This document shows, piece after piece, positions 63,216-64,000 of a stretch of 64,000 nt of DNA. The notes beneath the pieces are model-generated. The model was given only the letters and a program-made list of their open reading frames with translations, did not search any database and had not been told where the DNA came from. A program made the position numbers and the translations under genes. The stretch lies in sequence record NC_061447.1; one strand, given 5' to 3'. Each line of letters starts with the position of its first letter. Position 1 is the stretch's first letter.

Positions 63216-63866
63216 ATGAGCAATAAAGTCCTTGTACAACCGATTACCCTGACTACCTATAACGAGCGCTACGGTAAAGACACCGTTGCACCTATGTACG
63301 TTGCTAACCGTACTGAGCCTCGCGGCAACGTAATGTTCAGCGCGAAAGATGACATGGGACAGCCAGTTCCTGTTCTGGTTCCTGCTACCTTCATCCCAAT
63401 CGATCTGACGCAGCAAGCTACCAAAGATAGCCTGATGCAGTCTACTCACCTTCGCCGCGCCCTGCGTATGGGCCACTTGGTTATCATTGATACCAAGAGC
63501 GCCGAAGAGTACATGCGTAGCAGCAAGCTGGCGCAGAAAGAAATGCGTAACCTGAACAAGATGAACGCGGCTATCGCGGCTGAACTGGGTGAAGAAACTG
63601 GCGAACTGCAAGCTATCGATCTGGGCGGTGGTGCTCGTAAGAAAGAAATCATCTTCGAAGGCGGCGAGCAGCTCTCCAGCAACCAGTTCGTTAACGCATT
63701 CATCATGCGAGCGCAAGAAGACAGCGAAGAATCTGACGACAACCTGGAACGTGAATTCCTGTCTCGTGGTCTCGGTCTGCCTGTGTCTGAACTCAACATT
63801 CTGCGCGAGCACATCACTCGTCCAGCAATCGTTGAACTGATCGTTCAGGCTCTTGACGACGCGTAA
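63216..63866 (+). CDS. Probable capsid-associated protein, paralog of the 61393 N-terminal domain (216 aa)
   Basis: VPATFIPIDLTQQA matches IPATRNAVDLTQQA; GGAG RBS. Confidence 0.75.
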   Translation: MSNKVLVQPITLTTYNERYGKDTVAPMYVANRTEPRGNVMFSAKDDMGQPVPVLVPATFIPIDLTQQATKDSLMQSTHLRRALRMGHLVIIDTKSAEEYMRSSKLAQKEMRNLNKMNAAIAAELGEETGELQAIDLGGGARKKEIIFEGGEQLSSNQFVNAFIMRAQEDSEESDDNLEREFLSRGLGLPVSELNILREHITRPAIVELIVQALDDA

Positions 63867-63882
63867 TCGACAAGCCATAGAC

Positions 63883-63920
63883 AAAAAAATGGGAGGCCCC
63901 GAAAGGAGTCTCCCATTTTT
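63883..63920. terminator. Bidirectional terminator between convergent genes
   Basis: AAAAAAATGGGAGGC-CCCGAAAGGA-GTCTCCCATTTTT. Confidence 0.85.
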
Positions 63921-63921
63921 A

Positions 63922-64000
63922 TTACTGCTGCTGTTCTGTTTGCTTGCGTAAGCGATCAAGAAACGCTGATGATTCACCAGGCTTAATCAATCGCGGTTCA
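63922..64000 (-). CDS. C-terminal end of a gene entering from the right edge (...EPRLIKPGESSAFLDRLRKQTEQQQ*)
   Basis: Open frame ending in TAA at 63922-63924, directly before the bidirectional terminator. Confidence 0.55.
   Translation of the reverse strand, partial: EPRLIKPGESSAFLDRLRKQTEQQQ

Noticed and set aside
63210-63977. 255-aa minus-strand ORF
   Set aside because: Antisense to 63216..63866 and crosses a strong bidirectional terminator; the real minus-strand gene ends at 63922 in another frame.
1-64000. tRNA, rRNA, integrase, transposase, reverse transcriptase, intein or self-splicing intron
   Set aside because: No diagnostic motifs seen by eye; the polymerase, helicases and SbcC read as uninterrupted. 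A tRNAscan-SE/Infernal run would be needed to exclude atypical cases.

Overview
This window is a 64-kb segment of a large tailed dsDNA phage genome, a contractile-tailed (myovirus-type) jumbo phage. Gene content (family A DNA polymerase with an N-terminal UDG-like domain, bacterial-type beta clamp and gamma/tau clamp loader, SbcCD, RuvC, tail sheath, GH108 lysozyme) suggests the Lu11/PaBG/RSL1/Y3-type group and probably a gammaproteobacterial host; both are inferences without a database search. Genes are densely packed on the minus strand from 1 to 59640 and switch to the plus strand at 59740. Most plus-strand ORFs in the supplied track before 59.7 kb are antisense shadows. The largest gene at the left edge (>1300 aa, Ig-like repeats, <1..3923) is missing from the ORF track because it runs off the window. 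No tRNA, rRNA, CRISPR array, integrase or transposase was recognised. The most interesting signals are: (1) a shared N-terminal S-x-S leader (M-E/Q-I-x-V-S-L-S and variants) on about 11 otherwise unrelated proteins, including an ADP-ribosyltransferase-like protein and a 1948-aa SNF2 helicase, a candidate head-packaging or protease-maturation signal; (2) a roughly 200-330 nt multi-branched structured non-coding element at 51.7-52.0 kb; (3) two recurring upstream motifs (CTGTAAATA and [C/A]TAATTT) that largely separate replication genes from virion-type genes; (4) a second, highly divergent family A-like polymerase next to an origin-like non-coding region; (5) several domain-shuffled virion paralog families.
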